DNA of 64,000 nt from an uncultured delta proteobacterium (GTDB lineage Bacteria; Myxococcota_A; Polyangia; Fen-1088): the NCBI GenBank assembly GCA_963737265.1, contig CAVTRY010000011.1, forward strand, positions 448,001 through 512,000, read 5' to 3'. The notes below the pieces were generated by a model that worked only from the letters and a program-made list of their open reading frames with translations, made no database searches and was not told where the DNA came from. Below, piece after piece: positions 11,317 through 21,771 of this stretch; the first letter of the stretch is position 1, and every line of letters starts with the position of its first letter. The position numbers and the translations under genes are program-made.

Positions 11317-13227
11317 CTACTTGTCCAGGTGGATCGTGATAGGGCGAGTCTCTCCTGCCGCGATGGTGACCTGGTTGGTTATGGTTTTATCGCCCTTGAA
11401 AATCACCACTTCCAGACTCTTGCGCATCTCATCGCCCGCGTCAAAGGGAACTGGAATTTTTTCGCCCGGCTGGGCCGGGGCACGCCACAGTTTCGTCTTG
11501 GCATCGTTGATTTCGCGAATCAGCAGCGTCGCGCCCGGGATGGGCGGATCGAGCGTCACCACCAGGCGGGCCGGTTTCGGGTCGAGATTGACGAACAGGT
11601 GATCACCCGGGGGACGATAGACTTGCGGCCCGACCGTGACTTCCTTGCGATTGCAGCAGCTGTCGTTGCGGAATTCGAGCCGATGCGCCTTGTTCCACGG
11701 GATCTCGATGCGATTCTGCTGTGGACCGAAGTCGAAAGCCTTCGTCCCGTCCATCCACACTTCGACCCGCGCGGGAGAAAAACCCAGCGAAAGGGTTATG
11801 GTCGGGATGGCGTCCGAATCGCCGACGCGGGCGGCGCCGTTATTCTTCGTACTTTCTTCCTTCGCACTCTCTTCCGTGTCTTCCACCCGATCCCCAGCGC
11901 GGCCGGCCGCCCTTTCAGCGGCGGCGGTTTCGCGGCGGTGCGACGGACGCCCCCCTTGGCCGTGCGGCGGGGCATTGGCAGCGTGCCCCGCCTGGTGGGT
12001 AGATTCGGGCGAACGCACCTTGGCGGAAGGCGCGGCTTTCGCGACGGCACCTCTGGCCGTCGCGGCGGCAAGGATGGCCTTCTTTTCGCTGACCGCCTTG
12101 CGCGCGATAAGCAGCGCTCCCATCGCCATACCAAGCAGCAGGACGAGGGCCGCGCCGCCGATGCCCCAGCGGCGCAGGTGTTCGCCACGTTCGAGACGTC
12201 GCAGCTCGGCGAGCACCGCCACGTTGTGGGGATCGAAAGCGAGCGCACGGTTCCACAGCTCGAGCGCCCGTGCCCGATGTTTGCTCTCTTGCTCGCGCAC
12301 ACCGGAAGCGACCAGCGCCAAAACCATGCGCGGGACGAGTGCCTTCTCGTACCCTTCGGCGTCCGTGAGGTATTGCCCAAGCTCGTCTCTAGGCCCTCCC
12401 AGGCCGGCGTCGGCGACGTAGCTCCGCAATTCCTCCACCATGGCGGCCACGGTGGGAATGCGATCCTCGGGTTTGCGGGCGAGCGCTCGCGCGATCACAC
12501 GGGCGAGTTGATCGGATACAAGACGATTCACGGTGCGCGGGTCGGCGAACTTTCCCTCCGATACGCGCCGCAGGACCTCGTGCGGGTTTTTTCCCGTAAA
12601 GGGTAGCACGCCCGTGGCCATCTGGTAGAGCATCACGCCCACGGAGAAGACGTCGCTGCGAAAGTCGAGCGTGCGACCATCGAGGACTTCCGGCGCCATG
12701 TAGGCCGGCGAGCCGAGGATCTGTCCGGTCACCGTCATGCGTTCGAGATCGACGACCTGGGCGACGCCGAAGTCCATCAACTTGAGAACGCCATCCTTGC
12801 GGACCATGACGTTTTCGGGTTTGACGTCGCGATGAAGGATGCCGAGCGAATGGGCGTGGCTCAGCGCCTCGCCCAATTCGATGACGATGAGAGCCGCCAG
12901 CTCGGGTACGGGAAGCTTGCGGTTGGCCAGAAATTGCTTGAGCGTCTGGCCATCGATGAACTCGGTGACGATGTACGAAGAAGCCGCTTCTTCGCTCGAA
13001 TAGTCGAAGATCTGCAGAATGCCGTCGTGGTTCAGCTTGGCGACGGCGCGCGCTTCTCGCTCCAACCGGGCTTTCGATTCGGGCTCGGCGAGCAGGTGGG
13101 CGTGGAGAACCTTGACCGCGACCTCGCGGCGCAACTTCTCGTCGCGGGCACGGTAAACCACGGCCATGCCGCCCTGGCCGACTTCTTCGATGATTCGATA
13201 GCGCGATGGCAGGGGTGTGGAAAGCAT
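11317..13227 (-). CDS. Ser/Thr protein kinase with TPR-like and TM segments
   Basis: GQGGMAVVY, VAVKVL, HRDVKPEN, DFG, GSPAYMAPE. Confidence 0.95.
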   Translation of the reverse strand: MLSTPLPSRYRIIEEVGQGGMAVVYRARDEKLRREVAVKVLHAHLLAEPESKARLEREARAVAKLNHDGILQIFDYSSEEAASSYIVTEFIDGQTLKQFLANRKLPVPELAALIVIELGEALSHAHSLGILHRDVKPENVMVRKDGVLKLMDFGVAQVVDLERMTVTGQILGSPAYMAPEVLDGRTLDFRSDVFSVGVMLYQMATGVLPFTGKNPHEVLRRVSEGKFADPRTVNRLVSDQLARVIARALARKPEDRIPTVAAMVEELRSYVADAGLGGPRDELGQYLTDAEGYEKALVPRMVLALVASGVREQESKHRARALELWNRALAFDPHNVAVLAELRRLERGEHLRRWGIGGAALVLLLGMAMGALLIARKAVSEKKAILAAATARGAVAKAAPSAKVRSPESTHQAGHAANAPPHGQGGRPSHRRETAAAERAAGRAGDRVEDTEESAKEESTKNNGAARVGDSDAIPTITLSLGFSPARVEVWMDGTKAFDFGPQQNRIEIPWNKAHRLEFRNDSCCNRKEVTVGPQVYRPPGDHLFVNLDPKPARLVVTLDPPIPGATLLIREINDAKTKLWRAPAQPGEKIPVPFDAGDEMRKSLEVVIFKGDKTITNQVTIAAGETRPITIHLDK

Positions 13228-13470
13228 AGTCCCTGGAACGAAGAACCCGGAAGACCAAGCTAGGGTCCCGGATACTACGAGAGTAATGTCCCAGACACAA
13301 CTGGAGACGCATCGCGCGCAAAAAAGTTCGCGTCACGCCCAATGGGCGCGTGGAATGGCGATGGGTGACTTGGCTGGTCCTTTCTTTGTCGCCTAATCAG
13401 CGTAATCACCGTGTAAATCACCGGGTCGGACTTGATCGGGAACGCGGCGGAGATCACTATAGGCCTCCCC

Positions 13471-15294
13471 ATGCCGGCGCGCGAAAGCGGTATTTTCCTA
13501 CCGCCAGCACGAAGTGCGAACGTGATTTGGCGCACGCGCGCGCAGAAGTTTGCCGAGCGATCCGCTTTTCGATTCCGGCGCGACGACGCGTGGAACAGCT
13601 TCACCTGGAGCCAGGCCGACCGCGCCGCGCGCGAGATCGCCGCGGGGCTCTGTGCGCTGGGGCTCCAGCGCGGGGATCGGGTGGCCCTTTTATGCCAGAC
13701 GCGACTCGAGTGGGTGCTGTGCGACGTCGCCATCGCCATGGCCGGCCTGGTTTCGGTCCCCGTCTATCCGTCGAGCACGTCCGAGCAGTGCGCTTTCGTC
13801 ATCACCGACAGTGGCGCCAGCGCGGTCATCGCCGAGAACGCCGTGCAAGTCGCCAAACTGGCGCCGCTCGTGGCCAAGAATCCCGAGCTGTGGGTTGTTC
13901 GCGTCGACGACGACCTGCAAGCCGGGGATCCGAAATCGGCGGGCGCGAGCGCCACGCTGACCCTCGCAACTTTGCGCGCGGCGGGCGTGACCTGGCTTGA
14001 AACGAATCCCGGCGAAATCGATCGGCGCGCGGGCAGCGTTCATCCGGAAGACGTCTTCACCATCATCTACACCTCGGGCACGACCGGCCAGCCCAAGGGC
14101 GTCGTGCTCACGCATGCCAACCTGGTGGCTTCCTGCGAGAGTGCGGTGCGTGCCTTCAACCTAAGGCCAGACGACGTCCAGTACATGTTCCTGCCTCTGG
14201 CCCACGTGCTCGGTCGCGAGATCGAGTGGGCGCCCATCATCATCGGTTCCGAGGTTGCGTTCGCGGAGAACCTCGGGCGCATCAAATACGATCTGGTCGA
14301 AGTACGGCCGACCTTTATGGCGGGAGTACCACGCATCTTCGAAAAGCTCTATTCCGCGGTGCTGGCCGGCGCGCAGCAGGGCAGCCTCGCCATGCGGCGG
14401 CTGGTGGGCTGGGCGTTCGGCGTCGCAGCCCGCTATTCCACCGCGGTTTGCGCCGGAACCTCGCCTCCGGTCGGCCTGCGGCTGGCGCACGCGCTGGCCG
14501 ACAAGCTCGTGCTGGCGAAACTGCGCAAGCGTCTCGGGCTGGACCGCTGTCGCTTCTTGATTTCAGGTGGCGCGCCCCTGGCGGCGGAAATCGCACAATT
14601 TTTCCACGGCGCCGGCCTGCTCATTCTCGAAGGCTACGGCCTCACCGAAACCACGGCCGCGGCTTTTGTCAACCGCTGGAACCGCTATCGCTTCGGCACC
14701 GTCGGCACGGCCATCGACATCATGGAGTACAAATTTGCCCGCGACGGTGAAATCCTTCTCCGTGGACCATCGGTGTTCGCGTCGTACCACGGAAATCCGG
14801 AAGCCACGGCGGAGGCCATCGACGGCGAGGGCTGGTTTCACACCGGCGACATCGGCGTGGTCGAGGACGATTTTCTGCGCATCGTCGACCGCAAGAAGGA
14901 TTTGATCATTACGGCGGGCGGCAAGAACGTTGCCCCGCAGAAGCTGGAGAATGCCCTCAAGGCCCATTCCCCTCTCGTCAGCCAGGCGGTGGTATTCGGA
15001 GATAGGCGCTCGCATTGCGTCGCCCTCATCACGCCTTCGGAACCGGCGACGCGACAATTCGGAGCAGGCGAGGTTGCCCAGGCGGCGGCATCGGCCGAGC
15101 TGCACAGGGCCGTCGAGAAAGCCGTGGCGGAGGTGAATGCCACGTTGGCCAGCTACGAAACGATCAAGGCGTTTGCCATCCTGCCTTGCAACTTCAGCGA
15201 AGAGAGCGGCGAGCTGACGCCGAGCCTCAAGGTCAAACGCGACGTGGTCGCGGCAAAATTCGCCCGCGTGATTTCCGGACTCTACGGCAAGTAG
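13471..15294 (+). CDS. Long-chain fatty acid-CoA ligase (AMP-dependent synthetase)
   Basis: YTSGTTGQPKG, EGYGLTET, WFHTGDIG, DRKKDLIITAGGKNVAP, GELTPSLKVKR. Confidence 0.93.
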   Translation: MPARESGIFLPPARSANVIWRTRAQKFAERSAFRFRRDDAWNSFTWSQADRAAREIAAGLCALGLQRGDRVALLCQTRLEWVLCDVAIAMAGLVSVPVYPSSTSEQCAFVITDSGASAVIAENAVQVAKLAPLVAKNPELWVVRVDDDLQAGDPKSAGASATLTLATLRAAGVTWLETNPGEIDRRAGSVHPEDVFTIIYTSGTTGQPKGVVLTHANLVASCESAVRAFNLRPDDVQYMFLPLAHVLGREIEWAPIIIGSEVAFAENLGRIKYDLVEVRPTFMAGVPRIFEKLYSAVLAGAQQGSLAMRRLVGWAFGVAARYSTAVCAGTSPPVGLRLAHALADKLVLAKLRKRLGLDRCRFLISGGAPLAAEIAQFFHGAGLLILEGYGLTETTAAAFVNRWNRYRFGTVGTAIDIMEYKFARDGEILLRGPSVFASYHGNPEATAEAIDGEGWFHTGDIGVVEDDFLRIVDRKKDLIITAGGKNVAPQKLENALKAHSPLVSQAVVFGDRRSHCVALITPSEPATRQFGAGEVAQAAASAELHRAVEKAVAEVNATLASYETIKAFAILPCNFSEESGELTPSLKVKRDVVAAKFARVISGLYGK

Positions 15295-15330
15295 GCGGAT
15301 GAACGACGGCGGAGTAGGGTAGGGCTCGCC

Positions 15331-18060
15331 ATGCAAGGAACACTCTTTCTCATCGACGCGCTGAACTACTTGTTTCGGGCCTTCCACGCGCTGCCGAGCC
15401 TGACCACCAAGTCGGGCCTGCCGACCGGCGCGGTCTATGGTTTTTGTCAGATGCTGCTGCGAATCGATCGGGAACATCAGCCGACCCATTTGGCCGTGGT
15501 ATTCGATGCGCCCGGCCCGACCTTTCGCGATGGTCTATTCAAGGACTACAAGGCCAACCGTCCCGCCACGCCACCCGAGCTGATAGAGCAGATCGATCTC
15601 GCCCACCAGGTCGCGGCCGCGTTTGGCTACACCGTGTTTTCAGTCCCAGGGGTCGAGGCCGACGACGTGATTGCCACCCTCGTTCGCAACGCGAGCGCCG
15701 AAGGTTTGGCGGTCGTGATCGGCTCGTCGGACAAGGATCTGATGCAGCTGTGCGGGCCGGGCGTTCAACTCCTCGATGCCATGAAGAATCGGCTGATGGG
15801 AGCGGCGGACGTACACGAAAAATGGGGCGTGCTGCCCGACAAGCTCGGCGATGTTCTGGCGCTGATGGGCGACACCGTCGACAACGTACCCGGCGTTCCC
15901 GGCATCGGACCCAAAACCGCCGCCGAGCTCGTCAACGCCTGGGGTTCGCTCGACGGGGTTTTGGCGAATGCGGACAAGATCAAGGGCAAGAAGGGGCAAG
16001 CCATCGCCGAAGCCAGGGCGACGCTGGCGCTGTCACGCGAGCTCGTCCGGCTGCGCGACGACGTGACACTTCCCGAGACCATCGCAAAACTTCGCCGAGA
16101 ACCGGCATCGACAGAGAAACTACGTGGCCTGTTTCAACAACTGGAATTCGGCCGCCTTCTTGCCCAGTACTCGCCAGTGGTCGAGGCCGCTGCCGCCGAC
16201 GAAATTCAAACCAACGAATTGGCCTCCGCGGCCCCGACCCCGCCGGCCCCGCTGCCCGCGAGCCCCGCCGTTCAAATCGTGACGGATCCATCGGGCCTAG
16301 CGGATCTGGTCAGCGCCATGCGCACGTCTGGGGAATGCTCGGTATCGTTTTTGTGCGACAGCGACGTGGTCGTGCGATCCGATTTGGTGGGGCTGGCCGT
16401 TGCCCTGCCCGACGGTCGGTCATTTTACGTCCCCATCGGGCAGCGATCGCTCGGCAGCGCGGCCACACTGCGCGAGAAGGATGTCCTCGTCGCGCTGACG
16501 GAGGTCTTGGCGACACGAGACGTGCGCAAGCAGCTCTACAATGCCAAGTCCCTCGACGTGCTTTTGCGAGTCCGTGGCCAGACGCTTGGCGGAGTGGCGA
16601 ACGACGTGATGTTGGCGGCGTATGTCCTCGATTCCGCGAGCGCGGACTATGAGCTGCCGGTATTGGCCGATGCGGAGCAGCTTCCGGACGTGTCGCCGCG
16701 CACGGCGTGGCTTGGGAGCGGGCGCAACACGCACATTGCCGCCGACATTCCGACCGAGGATGCGGCCATGCACCTCGGCGCGGAAGCAAGAGCCATTCTG
16801 CACTTGTCCCATCGGCAGAGCGACCGCTTGGCGGCCTCGGGTCAGGAACATCTGTATCGCGATGTCGAGCTGGCGCTATCGCCCGTGCTAGCGGCGATGG
16901 AGTGGCGGGGCATCCGCCTCGACTGCGACTACCTGCGCAGTCTAGGAAACGACGTTGCCCGCGGTGCGCAGGCTCTGCAAGCCGAGATCCACGCGATGGC
17001 TGGGACGGAATTCAACATCGCATCGCCCAAGCAGCTTGCCGAGGTGCTCTTCGGCAAACTGGCCCTGCCCGTGCTCCGCAAGACCAAGACCGGGGCGTCA
17101 ACCGACGCGGACGTGCTCGAAGAATTGGCGGCCATGCACCCCGTTCCGGCCAAGATCCTCGAGTACCGCACCCTCACCAAGCTGAAAGGGACGTACATCG
17201 ACGCGCTGCCGGCTCTGGTCAACCCACGCACCGGGCGCTTGCACACGACCTTCGGCCAGGCGGTTGCCGCCACCGGGCGCCTGTCCTCGAGCGATCCCAA
17301 CCTGCAGAACATCCCGATTCGATCGGAAGTCGGCAAAAAGATCCGCCATGCCTTCGTCACCGATCCGGGATTTTCCCTGGTTTCTGCCGACTACTCGCAA
17401 ATCGAGCTGCGGGTGCTGGCGCATTTCTCCGAGGATCCGGCTTTCCTGGAGGCGTTCCGCTCGGGCGCCGACATCCATCGCCGGACCGCTGCGGAGGTCT
17501 TCGGTGTCGGCGAAGGCGACGTCAGCGCCGAACAGCGGAGGGTCGCGAAGGCCATCAACTTCGGACTGGTATTCGGGCAGACGGATTTCGGTTTGGGTCA
17601 GGTCCTGCACATCCCGCGTGCCGAGGCGCACAAGTACATCGAAAGCTACTTCCAGCGCTACGCTCGCGTGCGCGGACATATGGACGAGATGATCGCGAAC
17701 GCCCGTCGTACCGGCTCCGTGTCGACCCTTCTCGGCCGGACGCGGGCGCTGCCCGAGATCAATTCCAAGCGACCGCAGGAGCGCAACTACGCCGAGCGAA
17801 TCGCGCGCAACACGCCCATTCAAGGTTCGGCAGCCGATATCCTGAAGCTGGCCATGTTGCGCGTCGCCGGTGGACTCGCGCGCTTTCCCGAGGTCCACCT
17901 CCTGCTCACGGTCCACGACGAATTGGTCTTCGAGGTGCCCCAGGCGGAAGTCGACGACTTCTCGCGCTGGGTGAAGGGCGAAATGCAATCGGCGTACGAG
18001 CTACGCGTGCCGCTGGTCGTGGACGTGCACGCCGGGCGTTCGTGGGGTGACGCCCACTGA
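15331..18060 (+). CDS. polA: DNA polymerase I
   Basis: 5'-3' exonuclease (EADDVIAT, GIGPKTA), ATGRLSSSDPNLQNIP, ADYSQIELR, AKAINFG, NTPIQGSAAD, VHDELV. Confidence 0.99.
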   Translation: MQGTLFLIDALNYLFRAFHALPSLTTKSGLPTGAVYGFCQMLLRIDREHQPTHLAVVFDAPGPTFRDGLFKDYKANRPATPPELIEQIDLAHQVAAAFGYTVFSVPGVEADDVIATLVRNASAEGLAVVIGSSDKDLMQLCGPGVQLLDAMKNRLMGAADVHEKWGVLPDKLGDVLALMGDTVDNVPGVPGIGPKTAAELVNAWGSLDGVLANADKIKGKKGQAIAEARATLALSRELVRLRDDVTLPETIAKLRREPASTEKLRGLFQQLEFGRLLAQYSPVVEAAAADEIQTNELASAAPTPPAPLPASPAVQIVTDPSGLADLVSAMRTSGECSVSFLCDSDVVVRSDLVGLAVALPDGRSFYVPIGQRSLGSAATLREKDVLVALTEVLATRDVRKQLYNAKSLDVLLRVRGQTLGGVANDVMLAAYVLDSASADYELPVLADAEQLPDVSPRTAWLGSGRNTHIAADIPTEDAAMHLGAEARAILHLSHRQSDRLAASGQEHLYRDVELALSPVLAAMEWRGIRLDCDYLRSLGNDVARGAQALQAEIHAMAGTEFNIASPKQLAEVLFGKLALPVLRKTKTGASTDADVLEELAAMHPVPAKILEYRTLTKLKGTYIDALPALVNPRTGRLHTTFGQAVAATGRLSSSDPNLQNIPIRSEVGKKIRHAFVTDPGFSLVSADYSQIELRVLAHFSEDPAFLEAFRSGADIHRRTAAEVFGVGEGDVSAEQRRVAKAINFGLVFGQTDFGLGQVLHIPRAEAHKYIESYFQRYARVRGHMDEMIANARRTGSVSTLLGRTRALPEINSKRPQERNYAERIARNTPIQGSAADILKLAMLRVAGGLARFPEVHLLLTVHDELVFEVPQAEVDDFSRWVKGEMQSAYELRVPLVVDVHAGRSWGDAH

Positions 18061-18062
18061 AG

Positions 18063-18824
18063 CTACTTCTTCTTGCCGCCTGGGACGGACTTGTCGCCCT
18101 TGGGGCCGCCGCCCTTTTGGTGCGCGGCCCAGCCGACGGTCTCGGCGGACTTGCCTTCAAGCTGGATGGTCTGCGCCTCGGGCGGAAGAACGGCGTTGCC
18201 CTCGGCCAGCACCTTGCCCTGCAGATCCTCGAACTTCTTGTGGATGATAAGGCCGTTCGACGCCGCAAACCCCGTCATCGAGTTGATGGAGAAGGTTCCG
18301 GTGACGATGTACTGCTCGCCGGCCTTGGCTTCGAGGGGCTTGGGATCGCCGGTGTCCCAGTCTTTGATGGGGTAGTCCGCGATGAGCAGGGCGCGCTCTT
18401 TCTTGGTGGTCGGTGTGTCAGCCATGAAGAAGTGGGGCTGATCGCACGGACGGCAGCCGCCGCGGTCCACCTGGACGTTGCTGGTAAGGGCGTCGCCGCC
18501 CTTCTTCATCGCCTTCTTCTTTTCCTTCTTGGTCTTTTCCGACAATTCGTCGTTGCACTTGCGCAGCTCGGCGGGACATTCGTAGATCTCCACCAGATAG
18601 GCTTTGACCCGAACGTCCTTGTCCATGTACTTGTCTTTCATCTTGCGCAGCCCCATCACGGAAAATTCCCCGGTTGGGTACTGCGTGGGTACATTGGATG
18701 CGGCAAAGCTGGGCGAGGGCGGCAAGTTAACCTTGATTGGAGTCACCTCTTGACCCTGAGCCAAGGCCACGCCCGACATCAGGGAAGCCAACGCGAACAC
18801 CGAGAGCAGACAGATTCGGATCAT
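18063..18824 (-). CDS. Hypothetical secreted Cys-containing protein
   Basis: GAGGGG SD, signal peptide MIRICLLSVFALASL..ALA, C..C motifs, Lys-rich. Confidence 0.7.
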   Translation of the reverse strand: MIRICLLSVFALASLMSGVALAQGQEVTPIKVNLPPSPSFAASNVPTQYPTGEFSVMGLRKMKDKYMDKDVRVKAYLVEIYECPAELRKCNDELSEKTKKEKKKAMKKGGDALTSNVQVDRGGCRPCDQPHFFMADTPTTKKERALLIADYPIKDWDTGDPKPLEAKAGEQYIVTGTFSINSMTGFAASNGLIIHKKFEDLQGKVLAEGNAVLPPEAQTIQLEGKSAETVGWAAHQKGGGPKGDKSVPGGKKK

Positions 18825-18891
18825 GTGTTTCCCCTCTTCGAAAGATCGCGGCCGACAACCATGCGGCTCGCTCATTTCGTCCCTGAATAAC

Positions 18892-20583
18892 ATGGTCAAA
18901 TCCCGGCTACAAGACCCGCGCGTCTGGTTCTGTCTCTTTGCCGTCCTGTCGGTGACGGCTGCCTGCACCCGGCGAATGCGTGACAAGGCTTCCCAACGAG
19001 GCGCCGGTGCAAGGGCAGACGGCGGGGTGGGGGGCCGATCTGGAGAAGCCGCAGGTGTCCTCCGTCCGCCCGTTGCGTTCCTGCCGGAATTTTCCGGTTT
19101 CGACGAGAAAAGGGCACAGCGAGGCGGCATTTTGAAGGTGCACTTGGAGGGCGAGCCACCCCACCTCAATCCCTTGCAAGATTCGCTGCAGGTGATCGAT
19201 CGCGTGGTCGTCGGCCTGGTCTACGAAACCCTCGTCGAATGTCGCGCGGATCGCTACCTGCCGGGCCTGGCCGAAAGCTGGGATGTGTCAAGTGACGGTC
19301 TTCGGCTGACCCTTCGCCTCAAAACGGGTGTGCGCTGGCACGACGACAAGGTTTTCTCGGGCATCGACGTACAGGCGACTCTGGAACATCTCATGCGCTC
19401 GCAGGCCGCGGCTCCCCTGCTGCACGCCATGATCTCGGATCTGGAAGGGGTCGACGTGCTCCCGGAGCGCATGGTCCGCCTGCGGCTGACCCGACCGTCG
19501 GATCTGACGCTGCGGGCTTTATGCGAGATCCCGATCCTTCCTGCAGAACCGCTGCGTACCGGTGGAACCAAGCTTGCCCAACTCGGGCGCGCACCCGTTG
19601 GCACCGGGCCCTTCCGAGTGGCGGCGTGGGAACATGGCAAGCGGATCAAGCTCGTTCGCAGTCGCTCCGCCGATGCGCCTGGCGCTCCCAGGGTGGACGA
19701 AATCCTATTCGAGATCGACTCCGATGCCGCCCGTGCGCTGATTCGCCTGCGCCGGGGCGAGATAGACGTCTTGCCGCGCGTGCTCGACATCCACTATCCG
19801 GAACAAGTTTCGCAGGCAACCCTGCGCGATTCGCTCACGCTCTACCTTCTGGCGCCGCATCGCTACTCTCTTGTCGCCCTCAACACGCGCCGGGGAGTGC
19901 TGGCGAACCCGGTCTTTCGCCACGCCCTGAGCCTGCTTTGGGATCGGAGTCGGTTTGCAACCGAGTTTCACCATGGGCTGGTGCGCGCCATCGGTGCGCC
20001 GACCTTCGGCGACGCGCCTCCCGATGCCTTCAATCCCGCCCTGGCCGCGCGTCTACTCGACGAGGCGGGTTTCAAGGATAGCGACGGCGATGGCGTCAGG
20101 GAGGTCGGCGGAGAGCCGATTCGCCTGACTTTTCTCGTGCCTGCCTCCGCGCACACACTGAGCATGGAAATCCGTGCGTACGCGCTCGATCTCCGGCGTG
20201 CTGGTATTCTGCTCGACACCACCAACGTCGACGGTGCGGCGGTCGTCGCACGCGTGCAGCACGGGGATTTTGACTTGGCGGCGCTGACCTGGGACGGCCG
20301 CCAGGATGAGGACGCGCGCCTCCTTACGAGCCCGCAGGGCGATTATCAGTACACTGGCTATCGTTCCGACCGATTCACCCAGCTCCTCGATCAGGTGCGT
20401 TCCGCCCCGTCGCCGGCAGCCCGGGTGCCGGTGCAGCGGCAGTTGGCCAACCTGCTCGCGACCGACCGTCCGGCGCTGTTTCTCTACCGCCACGACGTCC
20501 CTGTATTGTCTTCGAAGCGCGTCCACGGCCTTGCGGCCGTCGGCGACCGTCTCGATCTGCGCTCGGTGTGGCTTGATCCATGA
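18892..20583 (+). CDS. ABC transporter peptide-binding lipoprotein (family 5 solute-binding protein)
   Basis: TAAC lipobox, PGLAESWDVS, WHD, PVGTGPF, LLDEAGF.DSDGDG. Confidence 0.9.
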   Translation: MVKSRLQDPRVWFCLFAVLSVTAACTRRMRDKASQRGAGARADGGVGGRSGEAAGVLRPPVAFLPEFSGFDEKRAQRGGILKVHLEGEPPHLNPLQDSLQVIDRVVVGLVYETLVECRADRYLPGLAESWDVSSDGLRLTLRLKTGVRWHDDKVFSGIDVQATLEHLMRSQAAAPLLHAMISDLEGVDVLPERMVRLRLTRPSDLTLRALCEIPILPAEPLRTGGTKLAQLGRAPVGTGPFRVAAWEHGKRIKLVRSRSADAPGAPRVDEILFEIDSDAARALIRLRRGEIDVLPRVLDIHYPEQVSQATLRDSLTLYLLAPHRYSLVALNTRRGVLANPVFRHALSLLWDRSRFATEFHHGLVRAIGAPTFGDAPPDAFNPALAARLLDEAGFKDSDGDGVREVGGEPIRLTFLVPASAHTLSMEIRAYALDLRRAGILLDTTNVDGAAVVARVQHGDFDLAALTWDGRQDEDARLLTSPQGDYQYTGYRSDRFTQLLDQVRSAPSPAARVPVQRQLANLLATDRPALFLYRHDVPVLSSKRVHGLAAVGDRLDLRSVWLDP

Positions 20584-21701
20584 ACCTGGTTTTTCTCCTG
20601 CAGGTGTTCGCGGCGGTATGTCCGGCGAGCCTCGCGGCGCCCGACGCGCCCGGCCTGACCGCGGTAGCACGACTGCCGACTGCCGAGGCCATGCGACTCA
20701 ACGGAGAAGGCAAGCGCCTCTACCGGCTCGAACGCTGGGTCGAGGCGCAAGAAAAGTATCGGGCTTCGCTCGCCGCGGATCCTGACTTTATCGACGCTCG
20801 GCTCAACCTGGCGTGCGCTCTGTCGCGCCAGAGCCACTACACCGAAGCTGCTGACGAAGCGGCGAGGCTGATCCGGCGGGCCTACGTACCATGGAGTCGC
20901 GAGGTGGTCGAGGCCGCGGATCTAGGCGTCCTTCAAGATCGCGGCGACTGGAAGAAGATTGAGGCGGCGCGCACGGAGTCAGCGGAGGCATGGGGCAAGC
21001 GCGTTCGCGAGGGCGTGCTCTTCGTGGCCAGAACCAAGCCGCCCGTCAACGTCGACCGCGAGGGTGTTCTCGTGCTCGGCCTCGCACAGGAGATTTTTGC
21101 CTGGATCCCCGAGACTGGACGGTATTTTCAGCTTACCGCCGAAGACGGTCGCGTGCTGGCCTTCGCCCGTTCCGCCGACGGAACGCGAGTGGCGTACCTG
21201 CTGGCCGGAAAACTGGTCCGGCTGCCTGGCCAGGACGCATGCTTGCGTGGCCTTTCCGTGCGCGTGCTGGACATCCCGACCATGTCCCAAAGCAAGTCAG
21301 TCGCAATCCCAGGCGACATCAGGCAAGTGCGGCTGTGGTTCGCGGCGCGGCCCGAGCTTAGCGTGACCGATTCCCTCGGAAGAATCAGCGGATTTCGCGT
21401 GGCCAGCGACACGCTAGAACCGGCCACCGCCAGCAACCCTCCGGCGCGCACGGATTCTGTTGCCCTCTCCGGTCTCGGCGTGGAAGCGAAGAGTCGCCGA
21501 GGCGGGCGGACCGCCTGCCGTTTCGATCTGAGCGCGCGCAAGGGCGCGGACGGAATCTGGCGCATTCAGGTTTCGCGGCCCGGAATGACTTCCTTCCCGC
21601 TCGATGCAAAGTATGGCGCCGGGCTTTCCGGCTTGCCCTTTTCCCGCGACACCTCCTGGCATCCCGGAGCGGCGCAAGGGGCGGGCAAAGACCGGCCTTG
21701 A
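20580..21701 (+). CDS. Secreted TPR protein
   Basis: ATGA overlap with upstream gene; TPR (LNGEGKRLY...ARLNLACAL). Confidence 0.75.
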   Translation: MNLVFLLQVFAAVCPASLAAPDAPGLTAVARLPTAEAMRLNGEGKRLYRLERWVEAQEKYRASLAADPDFIDARLNLACALSRQSHYTEAADEAARLIRRAYVPWSREVVEAADLGVLQDRGDWKKIEAARTESAEAWGKRVREGVLFVARTKPPVNVDREGVLVLGLAQEIFAWIPETGRYFQLTAEDGRVLAFARSADGTRVAYLLAGKLVRLPGQDACLRGLSVRVLDIPTMSQSKSVAIPGDIRQVRLWFAARPELSVTDSLGRISGFRVASDTLEPATASNPPARTDSVALSGLGVEAKSRRGGRTACRFDLSARKGADGIWRIQVSRPGMTSFPLDAKYGAGLSGLPFSRDTSWHPGAAQGAGKDRP

Positions 21702-21771
21702 CGCCGAGAATCGCTGTTGCCACTGGCGGGGCCGGATTCTCGCGTGGTATTGCGTTCGACGAGAACCTGAC

